Made by a program: the position numbers and the translations under genes. DNA of 64,000 nucleotides from the human T2T-CHM13v2.0 reference genome, Homo sapiens. The notes below the pieces were generated by a model, which made no database searches, had not been told where the DNA came from, and was given only the letters and a program-made list of their open reading frames with translations. The first letter of the stretch is position 1. Every line of letters starts with the position of its first letter. The DNA lies in NCBI RefSeq assembly GCF_009914755.1, contig NC_060944.1. The stretch is one strand, 5' to 3'. Of this stretch, positions 12,681 through 25,504 are shown in pieces.

Positions 12681-13563
12681 CAGCCCACAAATGTCTATTT
12701 GAATGACAGCTGTGATGCCCAAGCCTTGGGGTTGCCGTGCCTTGAGCCAGGAGAAACATGCCTAATTAGGTTTCTGTTTATTTGTTGTTCCAAGAAGGCT
12801 AATTGTGGGCTTTGTAAACAGCCCTTTGATGGCTGAGGAGTTACTTTAGGAGGACAGTTAAATAAACAATCACTGGGTAGAAAACAGTTAGTGCTGGTAC
12901 ACGGCGGGTCCGGAGTCATGGCCTGCCTTACAGAGGAGGGGTGAGACTGAGTTCCAGACAGTGCAGAGCTTTGAGTCAGAGTGATGGGAATGCTGGCAGT
13001 AACAGCTCATCTGTGTTGGGTGCCTACTGTGTGCCAGATGCTGTGCCAAGGGGCCCTCACAGCAACTCCAGGTGATGGCAACCATTATGGCACCAATTTA
13101 TGGGTAGGGAGACTGAGGCTGGGGAAGAGGAAGCTGTGTGTCCAGGTTCGCATGTCTGAGAAGTAGCACAGCCATGACACTGATCTAGACCTGTCTCTGT
13201 GCAATAATAATGATAATAATAACAAATAATTACATGGTACTTACTATGTGCCCGGCACTGTTCTAAGAGCCTTCTTTACCTGTACCCTATGAGGTCAGAA
13301 CTAAACATCATCCCTGTTTTACAGATGAGAAAACTGAGGTTGGAGACATGAAGCAACTTGCTGAGAATTTGTAAAAATTAATTATCTGGGCCTAAAGTCT
13401 TACTCTTGATCATGTTATTCAGTGGAATGCACTTTCTATGCATTTAACTCAGATCCAGCCATACATGATCTGCCAGACAGTTTTAAAAAAATAATTGTTC
13501 TTGTACTTTATATCTCTAAAAATACTACAAAATTATAACTTATGTGTTTTTTATTACTTGCTG

Positions 13564-13786
13564 CTGAGGTTGGTAAAATGTTTCTGTAAAGAGCCAGATA
13601 ATAAATGTTTTAGGATTTGTGGGCCAGACCCTCTTTATTGCAACTACTTAACTCTGCCGTGGTGCAGGAAAACAGCCACAGACTGTATGTCAGTGAATGT
13701 CTGTGACAGTGTGCCAATAAAACTTTATTTACAAAAACAGGTGGTGGGTCAGGTTGGGCTCAAAGGCTGTAGCTTGCCAGCCCCTG
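13564..13786 (+). mobile_element. MER58A (hAT-Charlie MITE)
   Basis: tttctgtaaagagccagata...ccaataaaactttatttacaaaaacaggtgg...gccagcccctg. Confidence 0.85.
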
Positions 13787-14369
13787 ACTTTGCAGTACGC
13801 ATGTATTTGTATTTACCAAACCATGTTCTCTGCCCTTTTATGAATGAGATAAAAGCTTTTCAAGCATGATTTCAACCAGGCCATTTCACCTCCAGGCCAT
13901 TTGCTCACCACATGCCCTATACACTGTTTAGCAGTTTGCCCACTATTGGCAATTTTGGAAGGAATTTGCAAATTACTTGAATTAACCTGATTTCTTCATT
14001 TGCAATATCAGTAAATTAATGACACCTGTGAGGGGCACTCAACTTGGCCGTCACCCCAGCAGGGACACTGAGGTTGCTTCACTCCAAATCTGTAAACTTT
14101 AAGCTTGATAAAAAAAATTGAAAAGTGAAAGTGAGGAGTTCTGTGGCTGGGGTTCTATTACTGTTTTCTATTGGTGACAAGAACAAGGAAATGAAAGGAT
14201 GATATGGGAGGGGTATTACAAAATGTACTCAGGGCTAGTGGGAAGAGAACGGAGTAGTGTCAGAAAGATCCCTTTTCCCCGTTATCCCCACCTTCTTCCC
14301 ATCAGTGTTCATTTCCCAACCTCAGAAAAGTTGTGAGCCTGGGTAAAACAGTATGTGGCCACTCCAGAG

Positions 14370-14910
14370 TTAAAAGACAAATGGTAACCTAGGTAAAAAT
14401 ATTTGAAACATAAATGTAGACAATGAATTTATTTCCACAATATATAAAGAGTTCCTGCAGAACAATAAGAAAAAAACCACAAACCCACTAGAATAATGGG
14501 TAGTGGATGTGAATAGGCAATTTACATAAAATACAGATGGCAAATAAACATGAAAGATGTTCAACCATGCTGGTAATCAGGCAAATGCAAATTAAAACAA
14601 CAATGCGAGAACATTTCCCATGCCTCAGGTTGACATGAATGAGATTGGTGATGTAAAGTGTTAAGGAGACTGGGAAACGGTCACACCGATATACTGCCGG
14701 TGGCAGTGTAAATTGAAACAGCCTCTCCGGAAGACAATTTTCACAGTAGCCAGTAAAACTGTAAGTTCACATTTTTGGGGGAAACACTGCAGTTCCTTGA
14801 TGTGGCATCTCCCTTAGTGAAACATCCACACACAGGCACAGGGAGTATGGTCAAGATGGTCACTGGGAGCAACCTAAATATCCATCAGTTGAGGAAGGGT
14901 TAAACACCCT
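14370..14910 (+). mobile_element. Old L1M ORF2 fragment
   Basis: aatcaggcaaatgcaaattaaaacaacaatg. Confidence 0.8.
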
Positions 14911-14939
14911 GCAGTGGTCTGAGGCTCCCCATCTTTTGA

Positions 14940-15190
14940 AGCACAGTCTGCACACCTCCATCACTGATGTTGAACCTGCTAGGTGCTCACTCTTCCAAGC
15001 ATCCCTTGCAGCTAGGGGGTGGTCACGTGACCCAGGTGCCACCGATCAGACGTGCTCACTGAGACCTGGAAGCAGGGATAGTTCAGGGGCAGCAGAGAGG
15101 GCCCACCGATCCAGTGTTGTGTGTGATTTGGGGTACTGTCCCTGCTGACCTTAAGCCTGGTTCTGCAATCCTCCCAGGCTCCTCAAATCC
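14940..15190. mobile_element. ERVL LTR fragment (LTR33/LTR16-like)
   Basis: cccttgcagctagggggtggtcacgtgaccc. Confidence 0.55.
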
Positions 15191-15194
15191 CTTA

Positions 15195-16055
15195 TTTTAT
15201 TTTGAACTTTCACTGAAGTATAGCACACATAGAGAAAAATGCATAGGTCGTAAGCGATAACTTCATGAGCCTTCATAAGTGAGTACACTTGTGTAACCAG
15301 CCCTTCATCAAGAAACAGAATATTCCAGTTCCCTTAAGCTTCCCTTAATGCCCTCTTCCAGTCACGACTTCCCCGAGGCTAACCAAGGCGAGTTGTGTCT
15401 ATTTCTAGTGCTTTATATAAATGGAATCAAATGATGTGTGCTTGTTTGTGTCTGGCCTCTTTCCCTTAATGTTCAAGTCTTTGAGATTCACCCATGCTGT
15501 TGAGTGTGGTTGCAGATCTTTCATTCTCATTGTTAGGCAAAATTCCATAGTTGGAGCAGTGTCTGAGTGTGTCTCTGTTCTTTCATTCATTCTTCTACTG
15601 ATGGACATTTGGGTACTTTCTAGTTAGGGGAGATTTATGAATAGGGCTGCTATGAATATTTATATGTGTCCTTCTTGGTGAAAATCTGTCTGCACTACTA
15701 TTGAGTGTAGTCCTCTCATTGGGTCTTATGGCAAGTGTATGTTTCACCTTATTAAGTTGCCAGTGTCTTCTGAAGTGCTTGCACCATTTTGCATTTCTAC
15801 CAGTCATGTATGAGGGTTTTTTCTAAATGCTCCGTATTTTCATCCACTCTTGGTATTTTCCATATTTTTCATTTTAGCCATTCTAGTGGGTGTACAGTGG
15901 TTATCTCATCAAAGTTTTCATTTGCATTTCCCTGCTGAGCAAGGATGTTGATCACCTCTGTGTGTTTATTGATCCTTTGGGTATCCCCTTTTGTGAAATG
16001 CCTACTCGAGTCTTGGCCATTTTTGTTTATTGGATTGATTGTTCTTCCCCTCATA
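15195..16055 (-). mobile_element. L1ME-like 3' end, antisense
   Basis: ttttagccattctagtgggtgtacagtggttatctcat...ttgcatttccctg. Confidence 0.85.
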
Positions 16056-16334
16056 AAGTACTTTGAATAGACTGCTTCTCTGTTTAAATTACTGTATCAG
16101 CCAGGGCTTTCCAGAGAAACAAAACCTAACAGGATGCGTGTGTGTATATCTATTTATATTTAATTCAATTTTTAAAGGGATTGACTCATGCAATTGTAGA
16201 AGCTGGCAAATGTGAAATTTGTAGGGCAAGCCGGCAGACTGGGGACTCAGGCAAGACTTCTATGATACACACTTAAGGCAGAATTCCTTCTACCAAAAAC
16301 TTGGATTTTGCTCTCAAGGCCTTGAACTGATTGA

Positions 16335-17011
<677 letters not shown>

Positions 17012-17439
17012 CAGAATATCTTTATAGCAACATCTAGACTCATGTTTGACCAAACAACTGGACACTGTAACCTGGTCAAGTTGACACGTAAAATTTAACT
17101 ACCACAATTACCCAGAGCTGTTTATGTTGCTCTCAACTCTTAGCTCTATCTAATCTACTGTGAACATACATGCACACTCACACACATGCACACACTACCA
17201 ACAACAGTGGTAGACATTTCATTGTAAGTGCACAGAAGTAAATATGGAAGGATGCTAAACTCATTACATGACCCCCTTGGGGAATGTCCAGGATGGACAT
17301 CAAAGGGGATTTTAACTACAAGCTGTAACTGTAAAAAATATTTTTAAGAATATAATAATGGGTTAATTGTATAATTAAAATTAATATTTAAGTGGCAAAA
17401 CTTTTAAAAGAAAACCAAAGGAGTCGTTAAGTCCCCATT

Positions 17440-18215
17440 ATTCATTCAGCAAATATTTACTGAGCACCTACTTTGCAATAGTTGTTGGAGACACTGGATA
17501 AGACAGATCCAGTCTCTATCTTGGTGGAGCTGACATCATAGTCGAGAAGACAGGCAATAAAGAAGCAAACAGGGAAATAGCAGATGATTTCAGAAAGTGT
17601 TCAGGAGTATTCTGAAAGCAAGCAAGCCATGTGCAGGGGCACAGTATGAATGGGGACAGGGTTATGTTGGTGTGGGAAGTCAGGGAAGGCCTCCCTGCAG
17701 TGATATTTGAGCTGAGCCCTGAAAGAGGAGAAGGAGCTGGAAGAGCACACTGAAAGAGGACAAGGAGCTGGAAGAGTGGGGACCAACTCGGTACATGCAA
17801 AGGTCCTGTATTAGTCCATTCTCACACTGCTAATAAAGACATACCCAAGATTTGGTAATTTACAAAGAAAAAGAACTTTAATGGACTTACAGTTCCACTT
17901 ATAGGTCTGGGGAGGCCTCACAATCATGGCAGAAGGTGAAGGAGGAGAAAAGGCACGTCTTACATGGTGGCAGGCAAGAGATCATTGCAGGGGAACTGCC
18001 CTTTATAAAACCATCAGCTCTCTTGAGACTTATTCACTATCATGAGAACCGAATGGGAAAGACCCAACCCCATGATTCAATTACCTCCCACGGAATCCCT
18101 CCCACTACACATGGGGATTATGGGAGCTACAAATCAAGATGAGATATGGATGGGGACACAGCCAAATCATATCAGGTCCTGAGGCAGGAATGGACCAGAT
18201 GAGCTGGGATGAGAA
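17440..18215 (-). mobile_element. L2 3' end, split by THE1; internal 31-bp tandem duplication at 17719-17776
   Basis: attcattcagcaaatatttactgagcacctac; tgcaaaggtcc|tgaggcagg. Confidence 0.8.
17807..18174 (-). mobile_element. THE1 (B/C-like) solo LTR with TSD GGTCC
   Basis: tgtattagtccattctcacactgct ... ggggacacagccaaatcatatca; GGTCC at 17802-17806 and 18175-18179. Confidence 0.95.
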
Positions 18216-18726
18216 CCCAAGCAAGCTTCTGACTTGGAAACCGAGGCTCAGAGAGGGATACACACAACTCAAGGCCACAGCACTGGACGTGGTATAACTG
18301 AACGAGAATCCAGCTGTGTGCTGGTGCAGAGCTGCCTGTACAGGAAGGAGGCCTCTGAGCTGCTCAAAGGGCTCTATCTGCACTCCCCCACAGAAATCCC
18401 CTTATGATCAGAGCCAAACATTGGAGACCCAGCCCCCAGGCTTGTGCCAGCCTTGCCCTGCCAGCCAAGGCCAGTATCCCCACTGAGGGGCATCTGAGGG
18501 CTCTGTACACTTTGCCTCTGAGTTGAGGATCAATAGAAGCTACCACTGCTGTTTTACCTAATTATATAACAGTGGCCAGGGAGGAAGGTGTCAGGGATAG
18601 ACGCTTTACCGGCACCATCCCATCAAATCCTGCTAAGAACTCCATGAAGGGGTATTATTATTCCCATTTTGCAGTTGGGAACACTGAGACTCAGAGAGAT
18701 CAAATGCCTTGACTTCAGAATCTGTA

Positions 18727-19039
18727 TTTTTTTTTTTTTTTGAGACAGGGTCTGGCTCTGTTGCCCAGGCTGGAGTGCAGTGACATGATCTCAGCTCACT
18801 GCAATCTCTACCTCCTGGGCTCAAGCCATCCTCCCACCTCAGCCTCCTGAGTAGCTGGGATTACAGATACATACCACCTAACCAGGCTAATTTTTGCTTT
18901 TTTTTTTTTTTTTTTTTTTTGTGGAGAGGGTGTTTCTCCATGTTGCCCAGGCTGGTCTCAAACTCCTGAGCTCAAGAGATCTGCCTGCCTCAGCCTCCCA
19001 AAGTGCTAGGATTATAGGCATGAGCTACTGCGCCTGCCC
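18727..19039 (-). mobile_element. Alu (AluJ-like)
   Basis: Antisense dimer with expanded mid T-tract. Confidence 0.95.
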
Positions 19040-19632
19040 AGAGCCTGCATTCTTTACCTTTACAGTCTAGACCCTGCTCCTATAGATCCCCAGGAAAGAG
19101 CAAGACCATCTTTTTTAAATGCCAGAGCCTCAGATAGGAAAGGATGATCTCACCCAGGACTTCATTATACAGATAAGAAGACCAAGGTCCAAAGAAGGAG
19201 AGGAACCATCCTCTGACTATACAGAGCTGGGTCTCCTGCTCCCAGAGCCCCTCCAGCTTTACCCCCTGCTCCCCTCCCCTTCCTTCCATTCATGATGACC
19301 TCACTGGTCTCTAGGCTGTCGCTCCAACATGCTGAGCTCAATCCTGCCTCAGGGCCCTTGTACTTATTCCCCTGCCAGATCTAGCCTATCATTTCTTGTC
19401 TTCATTGACCACTCCATCTATAGTGGCTCTGCGTGTTGCTTTCCTACCTAGGTTTATTTTTATTCCTAGCATTTATCACCTTCTGTCATTATATTACGTA
19501 TTTATATAGTTTCTTTTTGTCCACTACCTGCCTAGAATATTAGAACCATGAGAGCAGAGACTTTGTTCACAGCTGTATCCCCAGTGCCCAACCCAGGGCC
19601 TGGCCTCCATGATGCTCAATATGTGCTTGTGG

Positions 19633-20194
19633 GATGGATAGATGGGTGGATGAATGGATGGATGAATAAATGGGTGGAGAAATGGATGTATGATATGAGG
19701 GAGGAAGGGTGGGATAGATGGATGAATGGATGGGTAGATTAATGAGTGGATGGATAGATGGATGGATGAATGAATGGATGGATGGATGGATGGATGGATG
19801 GATGGATAGATGGTTGGATGGATGTTTGGATGGAGGGGTGGGTGGATAGATGAGTGGATGGATGGATGGATGGATGGATGGATGGATGGATGGATGGACA
19901 GCTGAATGGACGGATAGATGGTTGGATGGATATTTGGATGGACGGGTGGGTGGATAGATGGGTGGGTGGATGGATGGAGGGAATGAGGAGTGGATAGATG
20001 GATGAATGGATGGGTAGATGGGTGGGTGGATGAATGGATCAAGGGAGTGAGAGAGGGAAGGGATGGATGGATAGATGGATAGAAGGGTATACTAATGGGT
20101 GGATGAAAGGGTTGACGGATGGAAGGAATGATGGGCGGATGGGTGGGTGAGTGGATGGGTAGATGGGTGGGTGGATAGATGGTGGGCGGATGGA
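19633..20194 (+). repeat. Degenerate (GGAT)n array at an L2 tail
   Basis: ggatggat units following the L2 3' end at 19290-19630. Confidence 0.95.
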
Positions 20195-21065
20195 CATTTC
20201 TCCCAGCGTCGCTTCCCATCCCTGTGCTGTGGGTCTCTCACGTGGCTGCCCTGACTTGCCTCCCCTGGCCCCAAGCCCGAGCAGGGAGCTCTGGGGGCTT
20301 CCACATGATTGGGCAGGATTTCTATTTCTCACCCTCCTCTGAGGCTGGGCAGACAAAAGCCTTTGTTCTTCCTCCCTGCCTGGCCCTGCTCCAGCCAGGG
20401 TGGGAAGTTGCTGGCAAGTCAGCAACTTAACTTTGCTGCAACTGAACTGAACTTTGAGGCGTAACCTGTCAAGCGAGCCCCGGAGGCTTCTGCGGTCCAC
20501 AGGGGAGGGGCATGATGGAGGCATGGTGGGGAGCACCATGGCCAGGCACAGAGATGATCCCTATCTGGGTGGACCCCCAAGTCTCCCAGAGTAGATTCAT
20601 TTTTTGAAGCAAGGAGGGGAAGCTAATAGATGAAGCTGGCTCTGGGCTCTCTGTGGACAGCTGGGGACGGTGTTTCTTTTTGTCCTCCAGAGTTGTTCTG
20701 CAGGGTGAGGGGTAAGAAAGGGGGCCGCTACTAAGTGCTCACGGTGGTCCTGTGAGGGGGTGTCACGGTCACCATTGCACAGAGGGGAAAACTGAGGCTC
20801 AAAGAGACTAAGTAACACGCCCCCAGGATCACCCGGCTAGAGTATGGAAGGCAAGGTATGGACCTGGACAGTGTGGCTCAGATAAAAATTTCTCATGTCC
20901 CATGTCACCCCGTCACACTTGGCATAAGAGCCACAGTTCTTCCCTAACACTGCCTTGCTGGATGAACTCAGGTAAGCCTCTTTCCCTCTCCGGGTCTTAG
21001 TTTCTCTCCTCTGTAAAATGAGAGGCTTGGCTGGGCCCTAATTTAGATATTGCAGGATTCTCTGG

Positions 21066-21131
21066 GTTACTGGGATCACTGGGTTCAACTTCCATAATAA
21101 TATGAAGTCTCAAAGAAATTCTCAAATTCTC
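21066..21131 (+). repeat. Local direct duplication, copy 1 (66 bp)
   Basis: 62/66 identical to 22834-22899. Confidence 0.9.
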
Positions 21132-21879
21132 TCACAGTCCTGTGGCCACACCCGGGACCCACAGGCCCATTAGACAGAGCAGCAAACTAAGACCCTGACT
21201 GGCACCATCATTTCCTCCAGAGCCCTAGAGTGTGATGGGATCGCTGTGTCTCCGCCTGAACCCTGTCTGGAGTTCCAGGTGTCCGCTTTCCCCCAAGGCT
21301 GGGCACTGCACGGGAGAGAGAGTCAGAGAAAGCAGAATCTTGGGCAGGCGCTGCTGACCCATTGGGTGGGAGGTCTAAGAATCAAGGCTGCAGGATGGGG
21401 GATGAGGTGGGGGGGCCCTTTTCTCTGGAGTGGGACCCTCCCTTGGAAGCCAAACTGAATGGTCAACCATTACTCTGCTGGGCTGTCACTAACCACTCAA
21501 AACCAGTGGCCACTTGCCAATCTTCTGTCTTTGTCCAGGGCAGAATTGAATCTTGTTCAAATAAACTCAAAGGCCAGGTAGTTCACTGAAGCAATGACTG
21601 GAGAATTTGGCACTCTCCAGCCTGCCAGCCCTACCCAAACATCCTCAAGGTATCTGCATAACCAGCTCATTGCCCTGCCTACTCCAACCAGAGAATGTGG
21701 GAAGAAGCCCAGGACCTCTGTGCGGTGGTGGAGGCCCGCTTGGCTGCTCCTGACCTGTGTCTCTGGCCTCTTCAGCCTTTCCTCCAAATTCCACTCTGTG
21801 CACAAGCTGCTGGTCACCTCCCTGCACATGCTGTGTGGCTTCTGGCCTCGGGACCTCTGCACATGCAGTCTCCTCCACT

Positions 21880-22310
21880 GAGTTCTCCCAGAAACAGGCC
21901 CTCAGACACGAATTTGAGTGCAAGGAGTATATTTTGGGTGGTGATCTCAGGAAGCACCCATAGCAGGTTGGGTAATCAAAATAGGGAAGAAAGAAAATAA
22001 AATAAATGTTATTAAACCAATCACCGCTGTGGGCAACTAGACCTCAGACCCACCAGGGAACTCTGGGAGACAGCGAAGAGCATGCGCTTCAGTCATTCCA
22101 ACCCAGTTGCAAGGGAAGAGATCATGTATCTTCCGACTTCCCCCAGTCGTGAGCTGCGGGCTAATTCCAGGGGCTAGTTCCAACTCTCTGGAACTTCTAG
22201 CTGAGCGTGCACCCATGGCCAAATGAAAGCACTTAAGCAGACATCTGCAGTGAGCGAGAGTGGGCATCTGTCTAGGGGACGCGGGCCGGGCAGCAACAGC
22301 ATCTGCTACA
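21880..22310. mobile_element. ERVL-class LTR, LTR79-like
   Basis: tttgagtgcaagg...gggtggtgatctcaggaagcac...gggaactctgggagacag. Confidence 0.55.
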
Positions 22311-22833
22311 AATGTTTCCTGGTTCCTGACCTTTTGCAACCTGACTCCTACCTACTCTTCAAAGCCCATCTCAGATGTCACCCCCTCGGGGAAGCCTTCC
22401 CTGACCCTCCTAAATCAGTCAATCACTTCATGAGTTTCTAATATCTGCATGAATCACAGTGGATTGTAATTGCCTGTCCCACAGGGGAGTGAACAACTTA
22501 AGGTCAAAGGTTTTACATCTTGGGCGTTAAGAACATGCATGTCACGCAGTCTTGAGTTCTGCTCTCCTGGCCCCTCTGAACAAACTGTGGTCTCCTATCT
22601 GTCCCCAGGGCCTGGTTGTTATTGGGCCCTCAGTGAACGTCCAGATAAAGGGATTGGAATGGCAATTTCAGCTCATTGACTTTTCCTCTTTCCCCTGAAC
22701 TTTCCTGGTATTTCCATGATGGATGTTGTGGTTCAGCTAATGGGTCCCGATTCTAAATCCTCTTCAGAATCACTAGGATAGCATTTAAAAAACTTTGGGG
22801 GCTGGAGCCCCATCCCCCTGAGATTCAGATTCC

Positions 22834-22899
22834 GTTACTGGGATCACTGGCTTCACCTTTCATAATAATATGAAGTCTCAAAGAAATTCCCAAATTCTC
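22834..22899 (+). repeat. Local direct duplication, copy 2 (66 bp)
   Basis: 62/66 identical to 21066-21131. Confidence 0.9.
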
Positions 22900-24207
22900 A
22901 ACCGGACAAGGGCATGCAGGGAGTGAGTTTGTCATGAAGTCCTACGGGGAGAGGGCCAGAGGGCAGGCAGCCTGGAGTCCATGCTGGGAGACAAATGTGG
23001 AGGAAGCAGAAATTAGAAATTAAAAGAAATGAACTGGACATATGGGCAGCCACATGGTTAGAGCTTAAAAACAAACATAGAAAAAAGGGAACATGGTGGA
23101 GCAATGTTTTATTACAATACGATGTAAATGGCTGAGAACCACAATGAGACTGTGCCGTCCTTAGGAAGGGGCTGTCAGACTCAGCTGCCCACTAGATTTG
23201 CCTGGTAACCCTTAAAGATTCCTATGCCCATGCCTACCCCCAAAGCCACTGCAGTGGAATCTCTGGGGCGAGATCCAGTATTTTTAAAATGCGAAGTCTG
23301 GGCTGAGAACTGCAGAACACGGGAGAACAGCTATCTCAATTCTTTGTCCTCAGAGGGGAATTCATCCTGTAATAATGTTACAAGGGTAAATGGAAAACCA
23401 ACTATATGCCAGGCACTGTGCTCAGAGCTTTGCACACATTACCTACCCTTGTGGGGAGAGTTCTTTTATAATCCCTACTTCATAGATGGGGAAACTGAGG
23501 CACAGAGTGGTGAAGTCGGTGACCAAGGACTCACAGCTATTCAGTAGCAGAGCAGGCTTGTCCTCAGTACCCGGGGCTGCAAGTCTGGCAAAGGAGTCCT
23601 TGGCACCTCCCTCCTGTGTGCTCCAAAATTGCTCTCTCTGACGCCCTTTGACTCACTTGGTTCAGCAACCGCAAGGAGTTGTTGTTTCCCATAAATTCCT
23701 CATGGTCTTTTTTTTTTTTTTTTTTTAAACCTCAGCGCACAGGCAAACCCCACATCATGAAGGCTGATCGGCTTTTGAAGGCGAGACCTTCATTCTAAAG
23801 GTCACAGCTGTATGAGCCGTGTTTATTAGAGCTTATTTTAAATTGCTCCCTCAACCCTGTGAAAGGCGGGAAGTCTTAAAATTACTTCTCCCCAAAACTG
23901 GCGCCACCCAACCCTGGAAGTTCTCTGACTTGTTTCATAAGGAATTATTAATTATGATTTGTTTTTATAATTGTCCACTTGGAGTCTTGGATGACACACG
24001 CTCAGACTTGCCCATCCTTTTTTAAAAGAAGGAATCAAAAGTTCATGGAAATCAGTTATATTTAATGAGTGGAATTACTTGGGCTCAGTCCTGGATTAAC
24101 TGTGTGACCTTGGGCAAACCCCTTCCCTCTCTGAGCCTCTGTTTTTCTAGCTGTAGGAGGAAGAGTGTGGATTAATATCTCTCATAGGATTTAGAATATG
24201 TATTTCC

Positions 24208-24512
24208 TGCCAGTCGCCATGGCTCACGCCTGTTATCCCAGCACTTTGGGAGGCCGAGGTGGGAGGATCATTTGAGGCCAGGAGTTTGAGAGAAGCCTGG
24301 CCAACATGGGGAAACCCTGTCTCTACTAAAAATGCAAAACTTAGCCAGGCGTGTTGGCGCATGCCTGTAATCCTAGCTACTTGGGAGGCTGAGGCACAGG
24401 AATCATTTGAACCTGGGAGGCAAAAGTTTCAGTGAACCGAGATCATGTCACTACACTCCAGCCTGGGCAACAGAGCAAGACCTTGTCTCAAAAAACAAAC
24501 AAACAAACAAAA
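24208..24512 (+). mobile_element. Alu (J/S), (AAAC)n tail
   Basis: Sense dimer. Confidence 0.95.
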
Positions 24513-24520
24513 TATGTATA

Positions 24521-24578
<58 letters not shown>
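24521..24578. repeat. (TG)8(TA)8(CA)13 compound microsatellite
   Basis: Read directly. Confidence 0.95.
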
Positions 24579-24739
24579 TATGTATATTTCCCAGACCATA
24601 AATATGCCAGGGGTATATGAAGAGGTTTTAAGTTGTACATGGATGGACATTTTATAAGTTGTATTTTTTATTTCAATTCTTAAAATTTCATAGTATTACA
24701 ACATTTCATTTGTAAATGCAGACATTTCTTATTGTTAGG

Positions 24740-25089
24740 ATGGTCAATGAGGAGGAGGAGCTCTGCTTCATGCAGTCAGTCACTCAGGAATCTGACAGAT
24801 GGGGGCTCAGTCATCTGCAACAGGTAGCTTCCAAGGTCTCCCTGAGGATCAACATCCAGCCAGCTGCCAGAAGAGGTGATAGAGGAGAAACCCATGCTCA
24901 ACCAGCTCAGCCGAGAATGACGTACACATCAGTTCCCCTCACATTTCACTGGATAGAATTTATCACATGGTTCCACCTAGATGCAAAGGCAGTTGGGAAA
25001 TGTAGTCTCCTGGGTGGGTGACTGCTTACCTACAACACTTAGGAGGAGGAGTATGAGTCTTTGGTGGATCCTTGGTCATCTCTGTCTCA
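24740..25089 (-). mobile_element. MLT1 (J-like) fragment
   Basis: tcacatggttccacctagatgcaaaggcagttgggaaatgtagtct. Confidence 0.6.
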
Positions 25090-25097
25090 GTATTCTC

Positions 25098-25415
25098 TTT
25101 TTATTTTTATTTTATTTTACTTTATTTATTTATTTTTTGAGACAGAATCTTGCTCTGACTCCCAGGCTGGCATGCAGATAGTACCATCTCAGCTCACTGC
25201 AACCTCAGCCTCCTGGTTTAAGCACTTCCCCCTGCCTCAGGCTCCTCAGTAGCTGGGATTACAGAGGTGCACCACCAGTTAATTTTTGTGTTTTTAGTAG
25301 AGACGAAGTTTCGCCATGTTGGCCAGGCTAGTCTCAAACTCCTGACCTCAAGTGATCCACCCACCCTGGCCTTCCAAAGTGCTGGGATTACAGACGTGAG
25401 CCACCACACCTGGCC
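25098..25415 (-). mobile_element. AluS, 7 nt downstream of the tRNA
   Basis: Antisense dimer; 5' end GGCCAGG at 25415. Confidence 0.95.
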
Positions 25416-25422
25416 AGTAAGT

Positions 25423-25504
25423 TGGCAGCAGTGGGATTCAAACCCATGCCTCTGAAGAGACTGGAGTCTTAATACAGTGCCTTAGACCGCTCGGCCACCC
25501 TACC
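25423..25504 (-). tRNA. TRL-AAG6-1: tRNA-Leu(AAG), decayed copy, probably non-functional
   Basis: Minus strand GGTAGGGTGGCCGAGCGGTCTAAGGCACTGTATTAAGACTCCAGTCTCTTCAGAGGCATGGGTTTGAATCCCACTGCTGCCA; 82 nt, type II variable arm, AAG anticodon; 8 differences from the major Leu-AAG sequence as I recall it; symbol from memory. Confidence 0.92.

Noticed and set aside
12058-12702. 214-aa ORF
   Set aside because: MIR plus (CCAT)n translation (HPSI repeats)
17719-17776. 31-bp tandem duplication
   Set aside because: Ordinary slippage within L2; noted under features only
19524-20219. 231-aa ORF
   Set aside because: Translation of the (GGAT)n array
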